Assembly (NCBI GenBank): GCA_963819655.1
Contig: CAWFXA010000001.1
Span: 512,001 to 576,000 of the forward strand
Origin: an uncultured Chloroflexia bacterium
GTDB taxonomy: Bacteria > Chloroflexota > Limnocylindria > Limnocylindrales > CSP1-4
Reading direction: 5' to 3'
Length of the DNA: 64,000 nucleotides
The position numbers were made by a program, and so were the translations under genes. Positions 1 through 10,974 of this stretch are shown one piece after another; position 1 is the stretch's first letter; every line of letters starts with the position of its first letter. The notes under the pieces are model-generated. The model was given only the letters and a program-made list of their open reading frames with translations. It did no database searches and was not told the origin of the DNA.

Positions 1-2
1 TC

Positions 3-665
3 GAGCAGCGCACTCTCGTCGAGGTAGCGCCCCGCGGCGACAAGCGCCTGCGCGGGAAGTGCGTTCTCATAGGTCAGTCGGGTCTCCGGCCAGCGCCAGG
101 CGGACGTTCCGAGGGACTCGAAGGTCGCTCCGATCCGATTGGCCAGTGGGCGATAGGCAAGCGCGGTTCGTCCGGTCGGGGCAGCCCGCATCACGGCGTC
201 GCAACCCAGAAGGACCGATGACTGCGCGCGCAAGGCACGCACCGTCTGGGTCGCCGGCAACGCCCCCGAGAACAGCGACGACGCGGACGCGATCATGGCC
301 GGGTCAGAGGCCGACGCGATCGTCCAGCCGAGTGCCAGCATCGCCCGCCCCTGACTGTCCTCCGAGGCGACCCCGTCGAGCCACGACCCGTCGACACGTC
401 GGAAGTTCCGGAACCTTCCTGTCGTGCGATCGAACGCGTCGTCCAGGAAGCGGATGCTTCGCCACGCGCTCGCCGCGACCGCATCCCAACCAAGCTCGCG
501 CTGGTGAAGGAGATCGACCTGCAGCGCTCGGGCGACGTCATCGGTGCAGTAGCCATGGGCCGGATCGGGCTGCGGCCCGATGGCGTGCTGCATGATCCCG
601 AGGTCACCAGTCAGTGCGTCGAGATGGTCCCGGACCACGGGATAGAGCGGCGCGAGGTCAGGCAT
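3..665 (-). CDS. glycosyltransferase-associated (six-hairpin glycosidase-like) protein, runs off the left window edge
   Basis: Absent from the ORF track because no stop codon lies in the window. Manual translation from ATG 665: MPDLAPLYPVVRDHLDALTGDLGIMQHAIGPQPDPAHGYCTDDVARALQVD. The GYCTDDxARAL motif is typical of the partner gene/domain of GT4 enzymes. Its start overlaps the GT4 stop. Confidence 0.75.
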   Translation of the reverse strand, partial: MPDLAPLYPVVRDHLDALTGDLGIMQHAIGPQPDPAHGYCTDDVARALQVDLLHQRELGWDAVAASAWRSIRFLDDAFDRTTGRFRNFRRVDGSWLDGVASEDSQGRAMLALGWTIASASDPAMIASASSLFSGALPATQTVRALRAQSSVLLGCDAVMRAAPTGRTALAYRPLANRIGATFESLGTSAWRWPETRLTYENALPAQALVAAGRYLDESALL

Positions 666-1821
666 TGATGGCCGTCAGGACCCTGGCCGGCTCCGTCCGC
701 GGGATGTCCGTAGCCGCCCGTCCGAGGAGGCCTTGATACTCGGCGCCAACGGCGGACCAGACCATCCTCCGGCTGTACGCATATGCACGACGCCCGATCG
801 CGGTACGAAGACCGCGATCTCCGAGGACCTCGTTCAGAGCGTTCGCCCATGCCGAGACAGAGTCGGGTGGGACAAGGATGCCGCGTCCGTTCGCCAGCAG
901 TTCGGTCGCGTAGGCGTACGGCGTCGAGACGATCGCACGGCCGGCACCCATGGCATATGACAGCGTGCCGGACACGATCTGGTCGAGCTTGGGATAGGGC
1001 GTGACGAACACGTCCGCCGCCTCGAGCCAGCGGGTCAGCTCGACCCGTCCGACGAATTTATCGACGAATCGGACGTGATCGGTCATCCCCAGGCGCTGGA
1101 CCTGGGCGACCAGCCGCTGCCGATACGCTTCACCCTCGGTTCGCAGCAGATCGGGATGAGTGGCGCCGACAAGCACATAGAGCGCTGAGGGGTTGGCGGC
1201 GACGACGGCCGGGAGAGCGTCGAGCACGAGTTCGTAACCCTTGCCCGGACCCAGCAGGCCGAAGCTCAGGATCACGCTTCGTCCCGCCAGGCCAAGGTCG
1301 GCTTTCACGGCCGACGGGTCGACGAGCGGCAAGTCGGGCACCCCGTGGGGGATGATGTGGAGGCGATCCGAATCGACGCCGTAGACGTTTCGGAGGAGCG
1401 TCGCCGCAGAGCGCGACATCACGACCGTGGCCTCGGTCCGACGGACCAACTCCGAGAGGACGGCTCGCTGGCCATCCGTCGGGTCCTTCAGGACGGTGTG
1501 GAGGGTGGCGACGGCAGGGACGCGAAGCGACCGGACGAAATCGTTGACGTACGAGCCGTCCTGGCCGCCCCAGATCCCATATTCATGCTGGATCGAGACG
1601 ACGCTGACGCAACGATCCAATGTCCGGGCGACCTGGGTGTAGTCGGCGAGCTCGTCCCGTCGGATGCGATGGTGCACCTCGATGGGGTACGGCAACGTCT
1701 GGCTGGCCGGGTGCAGGGCGACGATCTCGCGGCTGCCTGTCGAGGCGGCGAGGTCGTGCGTGAAGGACGCGATCCCGCACCGCCGAGGGGGGTATGTGGA
1801 AACGAATGCAGTCCGTGCGAT
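658..1821 (-). CDS. glycosyltransferase family 4 protein
   Basis: GT-B motifs IQHEYGIWGG, FGLLGPGKGYE and SGTLSYAMGAG. The frame stays open upstream of the track start (1695) and includes the conserved N-terminus TAFVSTYPPRRCGIASFTHDL. Proposed start is ATC at 1821, 7 nt after GAGGAG. Confidence 0.85.
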   Translation of the reverse strand: MARTAFVSTYPPRRCGIASFTHDLAASTGSREIVALHPASQTLPYPIEVHHRIRRDELADYTQVARTLDRCVSVVSIQHEYGIWGGQDGSYVNDFVRSLRVPAVATLHTVLKDPTDGQRAVLSELVRRTEATVVMSRSAATLLRNVYGVDSDRLHIIPHGVPDLPLVDPSAVKADLGLAGRSVILSFGLLGPGKGYELVLDALPAVVAANPSALYVLVGATHPDLLRTEGEAYRQRLVAQVQRLGMTDHVRFVDKFVGRVELTRWLEAADVFVTPYPKLDQIVSGTLSYAMGAGRAIVSTPYAYATELLANGRGILVPPDSVSAWANALNEVLGDRGLRTAIGRRAYAYSRRMVWSAVGAEYQGLLGRAATDIPRTEPARVLTAINA

Positions 1822-1906
1822 GAGTTGGCTCCTCTCGGTCGACCCGCGTCGCGACGGCCTCCGAACGATGGGAGGCGGTGGACGGCGACCAGATCGGGAG
1901 TCGGAA

Positions 1907-1931
1907 CGGCCCGCCTGAGTCAGGCGGGCCG
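1907..1931 (-). terminator. GC-rich hairpin downstream of the cold-shock gene
   Basis: CGGCCCGCCTG-agt-CAGGCGGGCCG is a perfect 11-bp stem; the U tract is weak. Confidence 0.5.
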
Positions 1932-1941
1932 GACCATGTGA

Positions 1942-2145
1942 CTAGGCGGACCGGACCTGGGCCGCGCGCGGGCCTTTGGGGCTCGTCTCGATCTCGAACG
2001 TGACACGCTCGCCGCCGACGAGGCGGTCAAAGTCGATCGAGGAATCCAGTGCGCCGCGATGGAAGAAGTATTCCTTCGCATCCTCGGCGGTGATGAAGCC
2101 GAAGCCGCGATCGGCGACGACCTTCTTGATGGTTCCGGTGGTCAT
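1942..2145 (-). CDS. cspA: cold-shock domain protein
   Basis: 67 aa MTTGTIKKVVADRGFGFIT...YFFHR with RNP1/RNP2 motifs; GGAGG SD; extended -10 TGCTATCCT about 100 nt upstream. Confidence 0.92.
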   Translation of the reverse strand: MTTGTIKKVVADRGFGFITAEDAKEYFFHRGALDSSIDFDRLVGGERVTFEIETSPKGPRAAQVRSA

Positions 2146-2317
2146 GAGGACCTCCAACACTTCCCGAACAGGGATGCTGAGCGCACGGTCCGTTCGAGAA
2201 GGGGGATCGACCACGCGGAGAGTCGTCACGAAGCGCGACGAAGTCCAAGGATAGCACAGACGTTCCGGATGGGGGCGGCGGCGGGCGCCTCGAGCGTCGG
2301 CGCGGACCTCTCGGCCC

Positions 2318-2869
2318 CTACTGGTTGAACCAGTCGACCGTGTCGATCTTGCCCGCGTCCTCGTCCAGCTCTGCGCGGCGCTCACGGGCCGCGCCGGCTG
2401 TGACGCCCGACTTGCGCCGCGCCCTCTTGCCCGTCACCGCGGCCGCCTCCGGGGCGCCCGTCCACTGCTCCTCGCCGAGCATCTTGTTGAGCGCGACCAG
2501 GTAGGCCTCGATCGACGCGGCGATGACGTTGGGGCCGCGCGCCTCGCCGTCGTACTCGCCCTCACCGCGTTCCCCCGAGGCGAGCGGCGGCGCGATCCGC
2601 ACGTTCACGACCCCGATGGTGTCGGTCCCCTCCCCCAGCGCGTGGATGTCGAACCCCACCAGGCGCGGGTGGCCGTCGAGGACCTCCGCGATCGCCTTGT
2701 CGACCGCGCGATAGAGCGCGTCGATCGCCCCGTTTCCTTCGGCCGACGCCTGCCAGTGATGATCGCCCGAATCGATGATCACGGCGCCGCGGCTGCGGGC
2801 ATTCGAACCCGACGAGACCGTCCAGCGGGTGAGGTGCAAGGGCGCCGTGGCGCGATCGTGGTCGGGCAT
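2318..2869 (-). CDS. stand-alone alpha-isopropylmalate synthase regulatory (LeuA dimerisation) domain protein
   Basis: AEGNGAIDALYRAV...NVIAASIEAYLVALNK parallels the C-termini of LeuA ([14 protein letters not shown]...[16 protein letters not shown]) and CimA in this window; GGAGGTG SD before ATG 2869. Confidence 0.8.
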   Translation of the reverse strand: MPDHDRATAPLHLTRWTVSSGSNARSRGAVIIDSGDHHWQASAEGNGAIDALYRAVDKAIAEVLDGHPRLVGFDIHALGEGTDTIGVVNVRIAPPLASGERGEGEYDGEARGPNVIAASIEAYLVALNKMLGEEQWTGAPEAAAVTGKRARRKSGVTAGAARERRAELDEDAGKIDTVDWFNQ

Positions 2870-2874
2870 CGGGA

Positions 2875-4545
2875 TCACCTCCGGGGAATCGCGGGATCGG
2901 GCTCGGGGACGGTCGTGAAATGGCGTTCGTCGCGCCGGCGCAGCTCGGCGCCGGACTTCCAGATGGCGTACTCGAGCGAGTCGGCCAGGGCCGCCGCCGA
3001 GGCCGCGATGATGTTGGTGTCGCTGCCCATCGTCGACCACGTCCGGGCCCCGTCCTGGGAGTCGATGATCACCCGCGTCCGCGCGGCGGTCGCAGATTCA
3101 CCGTCGAGGATGCGGACCTTGTAGTCGACGAGATGCACGTCGTCGATGGCCGGGTAGAAGGCCCGCAGCGCCTTGCGCAGCGCTGCATCGAGCGCATTGA
3201 CCGGGCCGTTGCCGTCGGCCGCCGTGTGCAGGGTCTCGCCGGCGACCTCGACCTTGACCGTCGCCTCGGCGAGCAGCTCGCGCCCGCCCCGCTGTTCGAC
3301 GAGACAGGTGTAATCGACGATGCGGAACGGTGCCGCGTAGTCCACGGCATGGCGCCGGATGAGGAGCTCGAACGACGCCTCGGCGCCCTCGAAGGCGAGA
3401 CCCTCCGACTCGAGCTGCTTGATGAGCTGCGACAGCTCGCGCGCGTCCACGAGACCCTCCAGCTCATGGCCGAGCTGGCGGGCGCGGATGGATGTGTTCG
3501 CCCGGCCGCCGAGCTCCGACACGACGAGCCGTCCGGCGTTGCCGACCGAACCCGGCTCGACGTGCTGGTACGACCGCTCGACCTTGGCGACCGCCGCGCC
3601 GTGGACGCCGCCCTTGTGGGCGAACGCCGACCGGCCGACGTACGGCTGGTAATCGTTCGGGGCGATGTTGGCGATCTCGGCCACGCTGCGCGACAGCTCG
3701 GTCAGGCCGTCCAGCCGGCCGCCGCCGGCGGGAACCAGCTGGTGCTCTGTCTTGAGCGCGAGGTTGGCCAGGATCGACACCATGTTCGCGTTGCCGGCCC
3801 GCTCGCCATAGCCGTTGATCGTCCCCTGGACGTGACGGATGCCCGACGCGACCGCGGCCATCGAGTTCGCGACTGCGAGATCGGCGTCGTTGTGGGTGTG
3901 GATGCCCCAGGTGACCGGCGGGGCGTCCGGGTCGCCTTCGATCGATGCACGCACGTCGCCCACGATCGTGATCAGGTCGTCGGTCAGGGTGCCACCGTTC
4001 GTGTCGCACAACACGAGCGTCCGCGCGCCGGCCTGACGTGCCGCGCGCAGCGTCGCGAGCGCGTACTCGCGATCGGCCCGATAGCCGTCGAAGAAATGCT
4101 CAGCGTCGTACACCGCTTCGCGTCCGCGGTCCGCGATGAAGCCGATCGAGTCGGCGATCATGTCGAGGTTCTGCTGCGGCGTGGCGCCGAGGACCTCCGT
4201 CACGTGCAGCAGCCAGGACTTGCCGAAGATCGTCACGACCGGCGTCTCCGCGGCGACCAGCTCGCGCAGGTTCGGGTCGTCGGCGGGCGCGTTCGAGCGG
4301 TGGCGGGTCGAGCCGAAGGCCGCCAGCCTGGCCGTCTCCCAGCGCATGGTCCGAGCGGCGGCGAAGAACTCGATGTCCTTGGGGTTCGAGCCTGGCCAGC
4401 CGCCCTCGATGTAGGGCATGCCGTACTCATCGAGCATCCGCGCGATGCGCAGCTTGTCGGCGAGCGACAGCGTGATGTTCTCGCCCTGGGTCCCGTCGCG
4501 CAGGGTCGTGTCGTAGAGCGCCACCGGGAGATCGGTGGCGGTCAT
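2875..4545 (-). CDS. cimA: citramalate synthase
   Basis: YDTTLRDGTQGE, GGWPGSNPKD, DAEHFFDGY, HTHND and FAHKGGVH motifs; ATG overlaps the leuB stop. Confidence 0.88.
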   Translation of the reverse strand: MTATDLPVALYDTTLRDGTQGENITLSLADKLRIARMLDEYGMPYIEGGWPGSNPKDIEFFAAARTMRWETARLAAFGSTRHRSNAPADDPNLRELVAAETPVVTIFGKSWLLHVTEVLGATPQQNLDMIADSIGFIADRGREAVYDAEHFFDGYRADREYALATLRAARQAGARTLVLCDTNGGTLTDDLITIVGDVRASIEGDPDAPPVTWGIHTHNDADLAVANSMAAVASGIRHVQGTINGYGERAGNANMVSILANLALKTEHQLVPAGGGRLDGLTELSRSVAEIANIAPNDYQPYVGRSAFAHKGGVHGAAVAKVERSYQHVEPGSVGNAGRLVVSELGGRANTSIRARQLGHELEGLVDARELSQLIKQLESEGLAFEGAEASFELLIRRHAVDYAAPFRIVDYTCLVEQRGGRELLAEATVKVEVAGETLHTAADGNGPVNALDAALRKALRAFYPAIDDVHLVDYKVRILDGESATAARTRVIIDSQDGARTWSTMGSDTNIIAASAAALADSLEYAIWKSGAELRRRDERHFTTVPEPDPAIPRR

Positions 4546-5678
4546 GCCGGCACCGCCACGTCGAGGGCCTCGATGACGGCCGTCGCCATCCCTGTGGTAC
4601 CGACGACGACGAGGCCGTCGTCCGGGTTCGCCGGATCGGCCAGATCCGCCGTGCGCCAGCCTTGGTCGATCGCCTGGCCGACCGCGGCTTCGATGGCGGC
4701 CGACACGTCCTTTCGATGGAACGACGAGAACATCATCATCGCGGCCGAAAGGATCGTGCCGATCGGATTGGCCCGGTCCTGTCCGGCGATGTCGGGCGCC
4801 GACCCGTGGATCGGCTCGTACAGCCCGAACGTCCCGTGGTCGGTCTGGCGGTCGGCGAGTGACGCCGACGGCAGCATGCCGAGGCTGCCGGCGAGGACTG
4901 CTGCTTCGTCCGACAGGATGTCGCCGAACAGGTTCTCGGTGACGATGACGTCGAAGTCCGCGGGTCGCTTGACCAGCAGCATCGCGCATGAATCGACGAG
5001 CTGGTGGCTGACCTCGACGTCCGGCATGCGTCGGCGCTCCTCGTCGACGACCCGTCGCCAGAGGCGAGACGTGGCCAGCACGTTGGCCTTGTCCACGCTC
5101 GTCAAACGGCGTCGACGGGTCAACGCGAACGCTCCCGCAAGCAGGACGATCCGCCGGATCTCGTCCTCCGAGTACGGCATCGTGTCGACGGCACGACGCC
5201 GGCCCTTCTCTTCGGCGGCCTCCTGGCGCTCACCGAAATAGACGCCGCCGGTCAGTTCCCGGACGATCAGCATGTCGACGCCTTCGAGCAGCTCGGGCCG
5301 CAGCGGCGACGAGGCGACGAGCGCTGGGTGGACCTTGACTGGGCGCAGGTTCGCGAACAGCCCGAGGCCGCCACGCAATGCGAACAGGGCCTGTTCAGGC
5401 CGGACCGCCGCGGACGGATCGGACCACTTCGGGCCTCCGACCGCGCCCAGCAGGATCGCGTCGGACGACCGGCAGGTCTCGACATCTTCCGGACGGATCG
5501 CGACGCCGTACGCATCGATGGCCGCGCCGCCCGCCACGATCTCCGTCCAGTCGACGGCGAAGCCGAACCGTCGACCGGCCGCGTCCACGACCCGCCGCGC
5601 CGCGTCGATGACCTCCGGGCCGACACCGTCGCCGGGGATGGCTACGACGCGGTAGCGCTGGAGGTCACCCTCCGTCAC
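4542..5678 (-). CDS. leuB: 3-isopropylmalate dehydrogenase
   Basis: GDGVGPEV, VRELTGGVYFG, VDKANVL, NLFGDILSDEA and EPIHGSAPDIAG motifs. Confidence 0.95.
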   Translation of the reverse strand: MTEGDLQRYRVVAIPGDGVGPEVIDAARRVVDAAGRRFGFAVDWTEIVAGGAAIDAYGVAIRPEDVETCRSSDAILLGAVGGPKWSDPSAAVRPEQALFALRGGLGLFANLRPVKVHPALVASSPLRPELLEGVDMLIVRELTGGVYFGERQEAAEEKGRRRAVDTMPYSEDEIRRIVLLAGAFALTRRRRLTSVDKANVLATSRLWRRVVDEERRRMPDVEVSHQLVDSCAMLLVKRPADFDVIVTENLFGDILSDEAAVLAGSLGMLPSASLADRQTDHGTFGLYEPIHGSAPDIAGQDRANPIGTILSAAMMMFSSFHRKDVSAAIEAAVGQAIDQGWRTADLADPANPDDGLVVVGTTGMATAVIEALDVAVPA

Positions 5679-7312
5679 GGCAGCCCACGCTCCGTGCGCT
5701 GGTTGGCGAACGCGACCGCGACGCCGTTGATCTCGGCCCCGTGGAGCTTGTTGGTGGCAACGAGATAGGCGTCGAGCGACGCCTCGATGATGTTCGTGCT
5801 TAACCCGTGGCCGGACACGACCAGTGCGCCCGGGCCTTCATCCGACGAGCGACGGCAGCGGACCAGCACCTGGCCCTGAGCGTCCTCGCCGGCCGACACG
5901 GCCTTGATCTCGTACTCGGTCAGCGTCGGATGCCAGCCGAGGACCGGCTGGATCGCATCGTCGACGGCCTGGAACAGCGCGTTGACAGGGCCGTTGCCGA
6001 TCGCCTCGGCGCTGCGTTCGCGGCCGGCCACGGCCAGGGTGACCGTCCCGGTCGCATTGCCGCCGTGCGACGACGTCACGCTCCAGCCAACGAGCGCCAC
6101 GCTCGCCGGGACCTCGGAGGCGCGCTGCTCCACGAGGGCCAGCAGGTCGGCGTCGGTGACCTCCTTCTTCGCATCGGCCAGCTCGATGGCCTGGCGGTAG
6201 ATCGTGTCGAGCGCCTCGCCCTCGAGGTCGTGGCCGAGCTCGCGGAGCTTGCCCTGCAGCCCGCGCCGCCCAGACAGCTTGCCGATCGTCAGCTGGCTGC
6301 CCGACAGCCCGACCGACTGCGGGGTCATGATCTCGTAGGTCAGTGGGTGCTTGATCACGCCATCCTGGTGGATGCCCGACTCGTGGGCGAACGCGTTGCC
6401 GCCGACGATGGCCTTGTTCGGCTGGACGGCGAATCCGGTCAGATAGCTGACAAGCCGGGACGCCGCGGTGATGTGCTCGGTCTGGATCCCGGATCCGACC
6501 GCCGCGAACTGGGTCGGTCGGGTGCGGAGCGCCATCACGACCTCTTCGAGCGACGCGTTGCCGGCGCGCTCGCCGAGGCCGTTGATCGTGACCTCGACCT
6601 GGCGGGCGCCGGACTGCACCGCAGCGAGGGTGTTGGCCGTCGCCAGACCCAGGTCGTTGTGGCAATGGATGCTGACGGTCGCCTGGTTTCCGACGAGATC
6701 GACGACGCGCTTGGTGAGCGTCGCGAACTCACTCGGGATCGCGTAGCCGACGGTGTCCGGGATGTTGACGGTCGATGCTCCGGCCTCGACGACGGCCTCG
6801 TAGACCTGCATGAGGAAGTCGGTGTCGGTGCGCGAGGCGTCCTCGGCACTGAACTCGATCTCGGCGTCGCGGCCGAGCTGCTCGCGCCCATAGCGGACCC
6901 AGCGCACGGCCTCGGCCAGCGCGGTCTCGCGATCGACCCGGAGCTTGTGCTTCAGATGGATGTCGCTGGTGGCGATGAACACATGGAGGTGCGGCTTGTG
7001 GGCGACCTTGATCGCCTCGATCGCCCGTTGCGGGTCACCGTCCCGGCAGCGGGCGAGGGCCGCGACTGCGATGTCCTGCGGCGTCTCCTGGGCGATGCGG
7101 CGGACCGCCTCGAAATCGCCCGGCGAGGCAGCCGGGAAGCCGGCCTCGATGACATCGACCTTCAGGCGTGCCAGCTGGCGGGCGACCTCGAGCTTCTCGG
7201 CGGCGGTCAGCCCCGCGCCCGGTGCCTGCTCGCCGTCGCGCAGGGTGGTGTCGAAGATCCTGACGCTGCCGGCCGGGACGAACGGTCCGGCCGGCCTGGG
7301 TACCGCACTCAC
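5675..7312 (-). CDS. leuA: 2-isopropylmalate synthase
   Basis: [27 protein letters not shown] and [11 protein letters not shown] motifs; C-terminal regulatory domain. Confidence 0.95.
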   Translation of the reverse strand: MSAVPRPAGPFVPAGSVRIFDTTLRDGEQAPGAGLTAAEKLEVARQLARLKVDVIEAGFPAASPGDFEAVRRIAQETPQDIAVAALARCRDGDPQRAIEAIKVAHKPHLHVFIATSDIHLKHKLRVDRETALAEAVRWVRYGREQLGRDAEIEFSAEDASRTDTDFLMQVYEAVVEAGASTVNIPDTVGYAIPSEFATLTKRVVDLVGNQATVSIHCHNDLGLATANTLAAVQSGARQVEVTINGLGERAGNASLEEVVMALRTRPTQFAAVGSGIQTEHITAASRLVSYLTGFAVQPNKAIVGGNAFAHESGIHQDGVIKHPLTYEIMTPQSVGLSGSQLTIGKLSGRRGLQGKLRELGHDLEGEALDTIYRQAIELADAKKEVTDADLLALVEQRASEVPASVALVGWSVTSSHGGNATGTVTLAVAGRERSAEAIGNGPVNALFQAVDDAIQPVLGWHPTLTEYEIKAVSAGEDAQGQVLVRCRRSSDEGPGALVVSGHGLSTNIIEASLDAYLVATNKLHGAEINGVAVAFANQRTERGLP

Positions 7313-8385
7313 GACGTGGTCCCCGCCGCTGCCGGCGTGGGTGCCGCGGCGGCGCCAGTGGCTGCCGCCTGGGCCTGTCCAGCCTGCACGGTGACCGGGT
7401 CGAGGAACGGCATCTTGGACCGGAGCTCGGCGCCGACCTGCTCGATCTGGTGGTCACGGTCCTGCTGGCGGAAACGCTGGAACTGCTGGCCGCCCGTCTC
7501 GTACTCGTCGATCCAGCGCTGGGCGAACGAGCCCGACTGGATGTCCGACAGCACGTCCTTCATGGCGGCCTTGGCTCCCTCGGTCACGCGCGGCCCGGAG
7601 ACGTAGTCGCCGAACTCGGCCGTGTCGGACACCGAGAAGCGCATGAAGTTGAGGCCGCCGCGATACATGAGGTCGACGATGAGCTTGAGCTCGTGCATCG
7701 TCTCGAAGTAGGCGAGCTCGGGCTGGTATCCCGCTTCGACCAGCGTCTCGAACGCCGCCTTGACCAGGGATGAGACACCGCCGCACAGCAGGGCCTGCTC
7801 GCCGAACAGGTCGGTCTCGGTCTCCTCGGCGAAGGTCGTCTCGAGCACGCCGGCCCGCGTCGAGCCGAGACCACGCGCGTAAGCCAGCACCCGGTCGCGA
7901 GCCGTCCCGGACGCGTCGCGCTCGACCGCGAAGAGGGCCGGGACCCCGCCGCCCTGCTTGTACACGCTGCGAAGGAGATGGCCCGGTCCCTTGGGCGCGA
8001 CCATCCCCACATCGACGACGTCGGGTGGGCTGATCCGCCCGAATCGGATGTTGAACCCGTGGGCGAACATCAGCAGCTGCCCGGGCCGCAGGTTGGGGGC
8101 GATGTCGGCGTCGTAGACGGCCTTCTGGGCCGTGTCCGGGACGAGGATCATGATGATGTCGGCCTCGCGGACCGCGTCGCCGACATCCGCGACGCGCAGC
8201 CCGGCCTCTTCGGCGAGCGCGCGGCTCTTGGAGCCGGGCGCAAGGCCGACCACCACGTTCGCCCCGCTGTCGCTGAGATTCTGGGCATGCGCGTGCCCCT
8301 GGCTGCCGTACCCGATGATCGCGATCGTCTGCCCCGCGAGGGCCTCAGGGTTCGCGTCGTCGTCGTAATACATCCGTGCCGTCAT
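7309..8385 (-). CDS. ilvC: ketol-acid reductoisomerase
   Basis: [19 protein letters not shown] and [10 protein letters not shown] motifs; ATG overlaps the ilvN stop. Confidence 0.95.
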   Translation of the reverse strand: MTARMYYDDDANPEALAGQTIAIIGYGSQGHAHAQNLSDSGANVVVGLAPGSKSRALAEEAGLRVADVGDAVREADIIMILVPDTAQKAVYDADIAPNLRPGQLLMFAHGFNIRFGRISPPDVVDVGMVAPKGPGHLLRSVYKQGGGVPALFAVERDASGTARDRVLAYARGLGSTRAGVLETTFAEETETDLFGEQALLCGGVSSLVKAAFETLVEAGYQPELAYFETMHELKLIVDLMYRGGLNFMRFSVSDTAEFGDYVSGPRVTEGAKAAMKDVLSDIQSGSFAQRWIDEYETGGQQFQRFRQQDRDHQIEQVGAELRSKMPFLDPVTVQAGQAQAAATGAAAAPTPAAAGTTS

Positions 8386-9001
8386 CGCTTCACTGCCTCC
8401 TCGATCGATCCCGCTCCCCTCGCCATCACGACCGCACCGGTCCGGACGAGTTCCTTGATGCCATAGCTGCGCACGAGCGCCACGAACGCGTCGATCTCGC
8501 TCTCCGGGCCGGTGACCTCGGCGATGACCGAGCCCTCGACGACGTCGACGACGCGGCCGCGCGACAGCTCGACGAGCCGCAGGATCTCGTCGCGGTTCGT
8601 GTCGGTCGCACGGACCTTCACGAGCGCGAGCTCGTGGGCCACCGTCGGCTCCGACGTGACGTCCTGGACCTTCAGCACATCGATGAGCCGGTACAGCTGC
8701 TTGGCCGCCTGCTCGACCGCGACATCGTCGCCGTGCAGCGTGATCGTCATGCGGCTGACGTCCTCGCGGTCGGTGTGGCTGACCGCCAGGGAGTCGATGT
8801 TGAAGTTGCGTGCGCGCATGAGGCTGGACACGCGGTTGAGCACGCCAGGCTTGTTGAGGACGACCGCCACGAGGACGTGGCGACGGGTCTCGCCACCGCC
8901 GGGCAGGGCGCGGGGCGGTGGGACGGCGTGGGCCGGTTGGGAGGATCCGGCCGGCGCCGCCCCCGCCGGGACCTTGCCGTTCGAATTGGGTCAGCGGGCA
9001 T
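8382..9001 (-). CDS. ilvN: acetolactate synthase small subunit (probable 1-nt indel near 8988 in the low-complexity N-terminus)
   Basis: ACT domain [12 protein letters not shown]...FNIDSL and ELVRTG. The SD-preceded ATG at 9001 (MPADP) joins the main frame (NSNGKVP...RRHVLVAVV) after a single-base shift. Confidence 0.88.
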
Positions 9002-9067
9002 CTGTTTTCTCGCTCTCCGAGGTCGGAGGCTGAGCTCCGCGAAGCCATCCGCCCGAGGATTCAGCGC

Positions 9068-10951
9068 TCACTCGTCGGCCCCGTCCCAGTTCTCGATGAG
9101 ATCGGACAGGCCCTTACCCGCCGGCATCATCGGGAAGACGTTCTGCTCCTCGGCGATCTCGAACCAGATCAGCGCCGGGCCGTCGACCCCTTGCGCGAAG
9201 CGGATCGCCTCGTCGACCTCGGCCGGCGTCGATGCCTTCATGGCCGGGATCCCGAACGCCTCGGCGAGCTTCAGGTAATCCGGGCCGAGCAGGTGCGCCG
9301 AGTGGTAGTTGCCGCCGTAGATGATCTCCTGCCATTGCCGGATCATCCCCAGCTTCTTGTTGTCGAACAGGGCGATCTTCACCGGGATGCGGTCCTGGAC
9401 GAGCGTCATCAGCTCCTGGAACGTCATCTGGAAGCCGCCGTCGCCGGTGATCGCCCAGGTCTCGCGATCCGGTCGCCCGAGCGCGGCGCCCATGGCGGCC
9501 GGGACGCTGAAGCCCATCGTGCCGAGGCCGCCCGACGAGACGTGCTGGTTCGGTTCGCGGAAGCCCGTGTAGCGGGCCAGCCACATCTGGTTCTGGCCGA
9601 CGTCCGCGACGTATGTCGCCTTGTGATCGCTGAGTTCGCCGATGCGGGCGACGACGTAGTCGGCCGACAGGAGCCCGTCGCGCCAGGCGCCGGAGCCGTG
9701 CCAGGAGGACGATTCCGAATCACGCCGCCACTCGGCGAGCTGGTCGAGATACTCCTGGCGGTCCGCCATCGGCGTCTCGGGCACCATCCGCGTGAGCGCC
9801 TGGAGCACCCGCTTCGCGTCGCCGACGATCGGGACCTCGACCGCGACGTTCTTGCCGATCTCGGCCGGGTCGATATCGGCGTGGACGATCCGAGCGTACG
9901 GCGCGTACGTCCGCACGTTGCCGGTCACCCGATCGTCGAAGCGCATGCCGATCGCGACGAGCAGGTCGGCCGATTGGATCGCCCGATTGACGTGCTTCCA
10001 GCCGTGCATGCCCATGTAGCCGTAGGCCAGCGGGTGGGTCTCGTCCATCGCGCCGATCCCGAGCAGCGTCCACGCCACGGGGATCGAGGTCTTCTCGGCG
10101 AACGCGCGCAGGTCGTCCCACGCCTCGGCGTGGAGGACGCCGTGACCTGCGAGGATGACCGGCCGCTTGGCGGCGGCGATCTCGGCGACCGCGGTCTTGA
10201 GCTGGCGGGCGTGTCCCTCGAGGTTCGGGCGAAAACCGGGCAGCCCGGCGATGACATCGTCCTCGGACGGGTGCTCGGCCCGGGTCTCCTGCTGAAGCGC
10301 GTCCTTCGTGATGTCGATATGGACCGGGCCCGGCCGGCCGCTCCGGGCGATGTGGAACGCCTCGGCGACGACGCGTGGCAGCTCGTCTGCGTCGCGGACC
10401 AGGTAGTTGTGTTTCGTCATCGGCAGCGTGATGCCGTTGATGTCGATCTCCTGGAACGCGTCCTTGCCGATCAGCGCCGACGGAACGTTGCCGGTGATCG
10501 CGACCATCGGCACGGAGTCGAGGAGGGCGGTCCCGATCCCGGTGACGAGGTTCGTGGCTCCCGGTCCCGACGTGCCCATGCACACGCCGACCCGACCGGT
10601 CACCCGCGCATAGCCGTCGGCGGCGTGGGCGCCGCCCTGCTCGTGGCGGACGAGCACGTGGCGGAGCTCCGGGTAATCCCCGAGGACGTCGTAGAGGGGC
10701 AGGATGACCCCGCCCGGATAGCTGAAGAAGACGTCGACGCCCTGGCGAAGCAGGGCCTCACACAGGACGTCGGCGCCGATCCGGGTGCGCTTGAGGTCGC
10801 GCGCCTCGTGGAGCATGGCCTTGCGGGCCTGCTCGACGGCTGCGGCGTGGGCCGTCCCGTCGCCTGGCACGTGACTGCGACGCGCAGGCGGCGTCGAGCT
10901 CGGCGGCTTCGCCGGACTCGGCGGCTTCGCGGGATCGGTCTCGGTCGTCAT
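9068..10951 (-). CDS. ilvB: acetolactate synthase large subunit
   Basis: RHEQGGAHAADGYAR, TSGPGATN, DAFQE and the TPP-binding GDGGFQM motif. Confidence 0.95.
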   Translation of the reverse strand: MTTETDPAKPPSPAKPPSSTPPARRSHVPGDGTAHAAAVEQARKAMLHEARDLKRTRIGADVLCEALLRQGVDVFFSYPGGVILPLYDVLGDYPELRHVLVRHEQGGAHAADGYARVTGRVGVCMGTSGPGATNLVTGIGTALLDSVPMVAITGNVPSALIGKDAFQEIDINGITLPMTKHNYLVRDADELPRVVAEAFHIARSGRPGPVHIDITKDALQQETRAEHPSEDDVIAGLPGFRPNLEGHARQLKTAVAEIAAAKRPVILAGHGVLHAEAWDDLRAFAEKTSIPVAWTLLGIGAMDETHPLAYGYMGMHGWKHVNRAIQSADLLVAIGMRFDDRVTGNVRTYAPYARIVHADIDPAEIGKNVAVEVPIVGDAKRVLQALTRMVPETPMADRQEYLDQLAEWRRDSESSSWHGSGAWRDGLLSADYVVARIGELSDHKATYVADVGQNQMWLARYTGFREPNQHVSSGGLGTMGFSVPAAMGAALGRPDRETWAITGDGGFQMTFQELMTLVQDRIPVKIALFDNKKLGMIRQWQEIIYGGNYHSAHLLGPDYLKLAEAFGIPAMKASTPAEVDEAIRFAQGVDGPALIWFEIAEEQNVFPMMPAGKGLSDLIENWDGADE

Positions 10952-10974
10952 GGCGGGCCCTCAGAAGGTGGCTG

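Noticed and set aside
658-2145. Stop-codon read-through fusing cspA to the GT4 gene (same frame, open between them)
   Set aside because: Sharing a frame is a one-in-three coincidence. A terminator-like hairpin and a separate SD+ATC lie in between, and the linker does not look protein-like.
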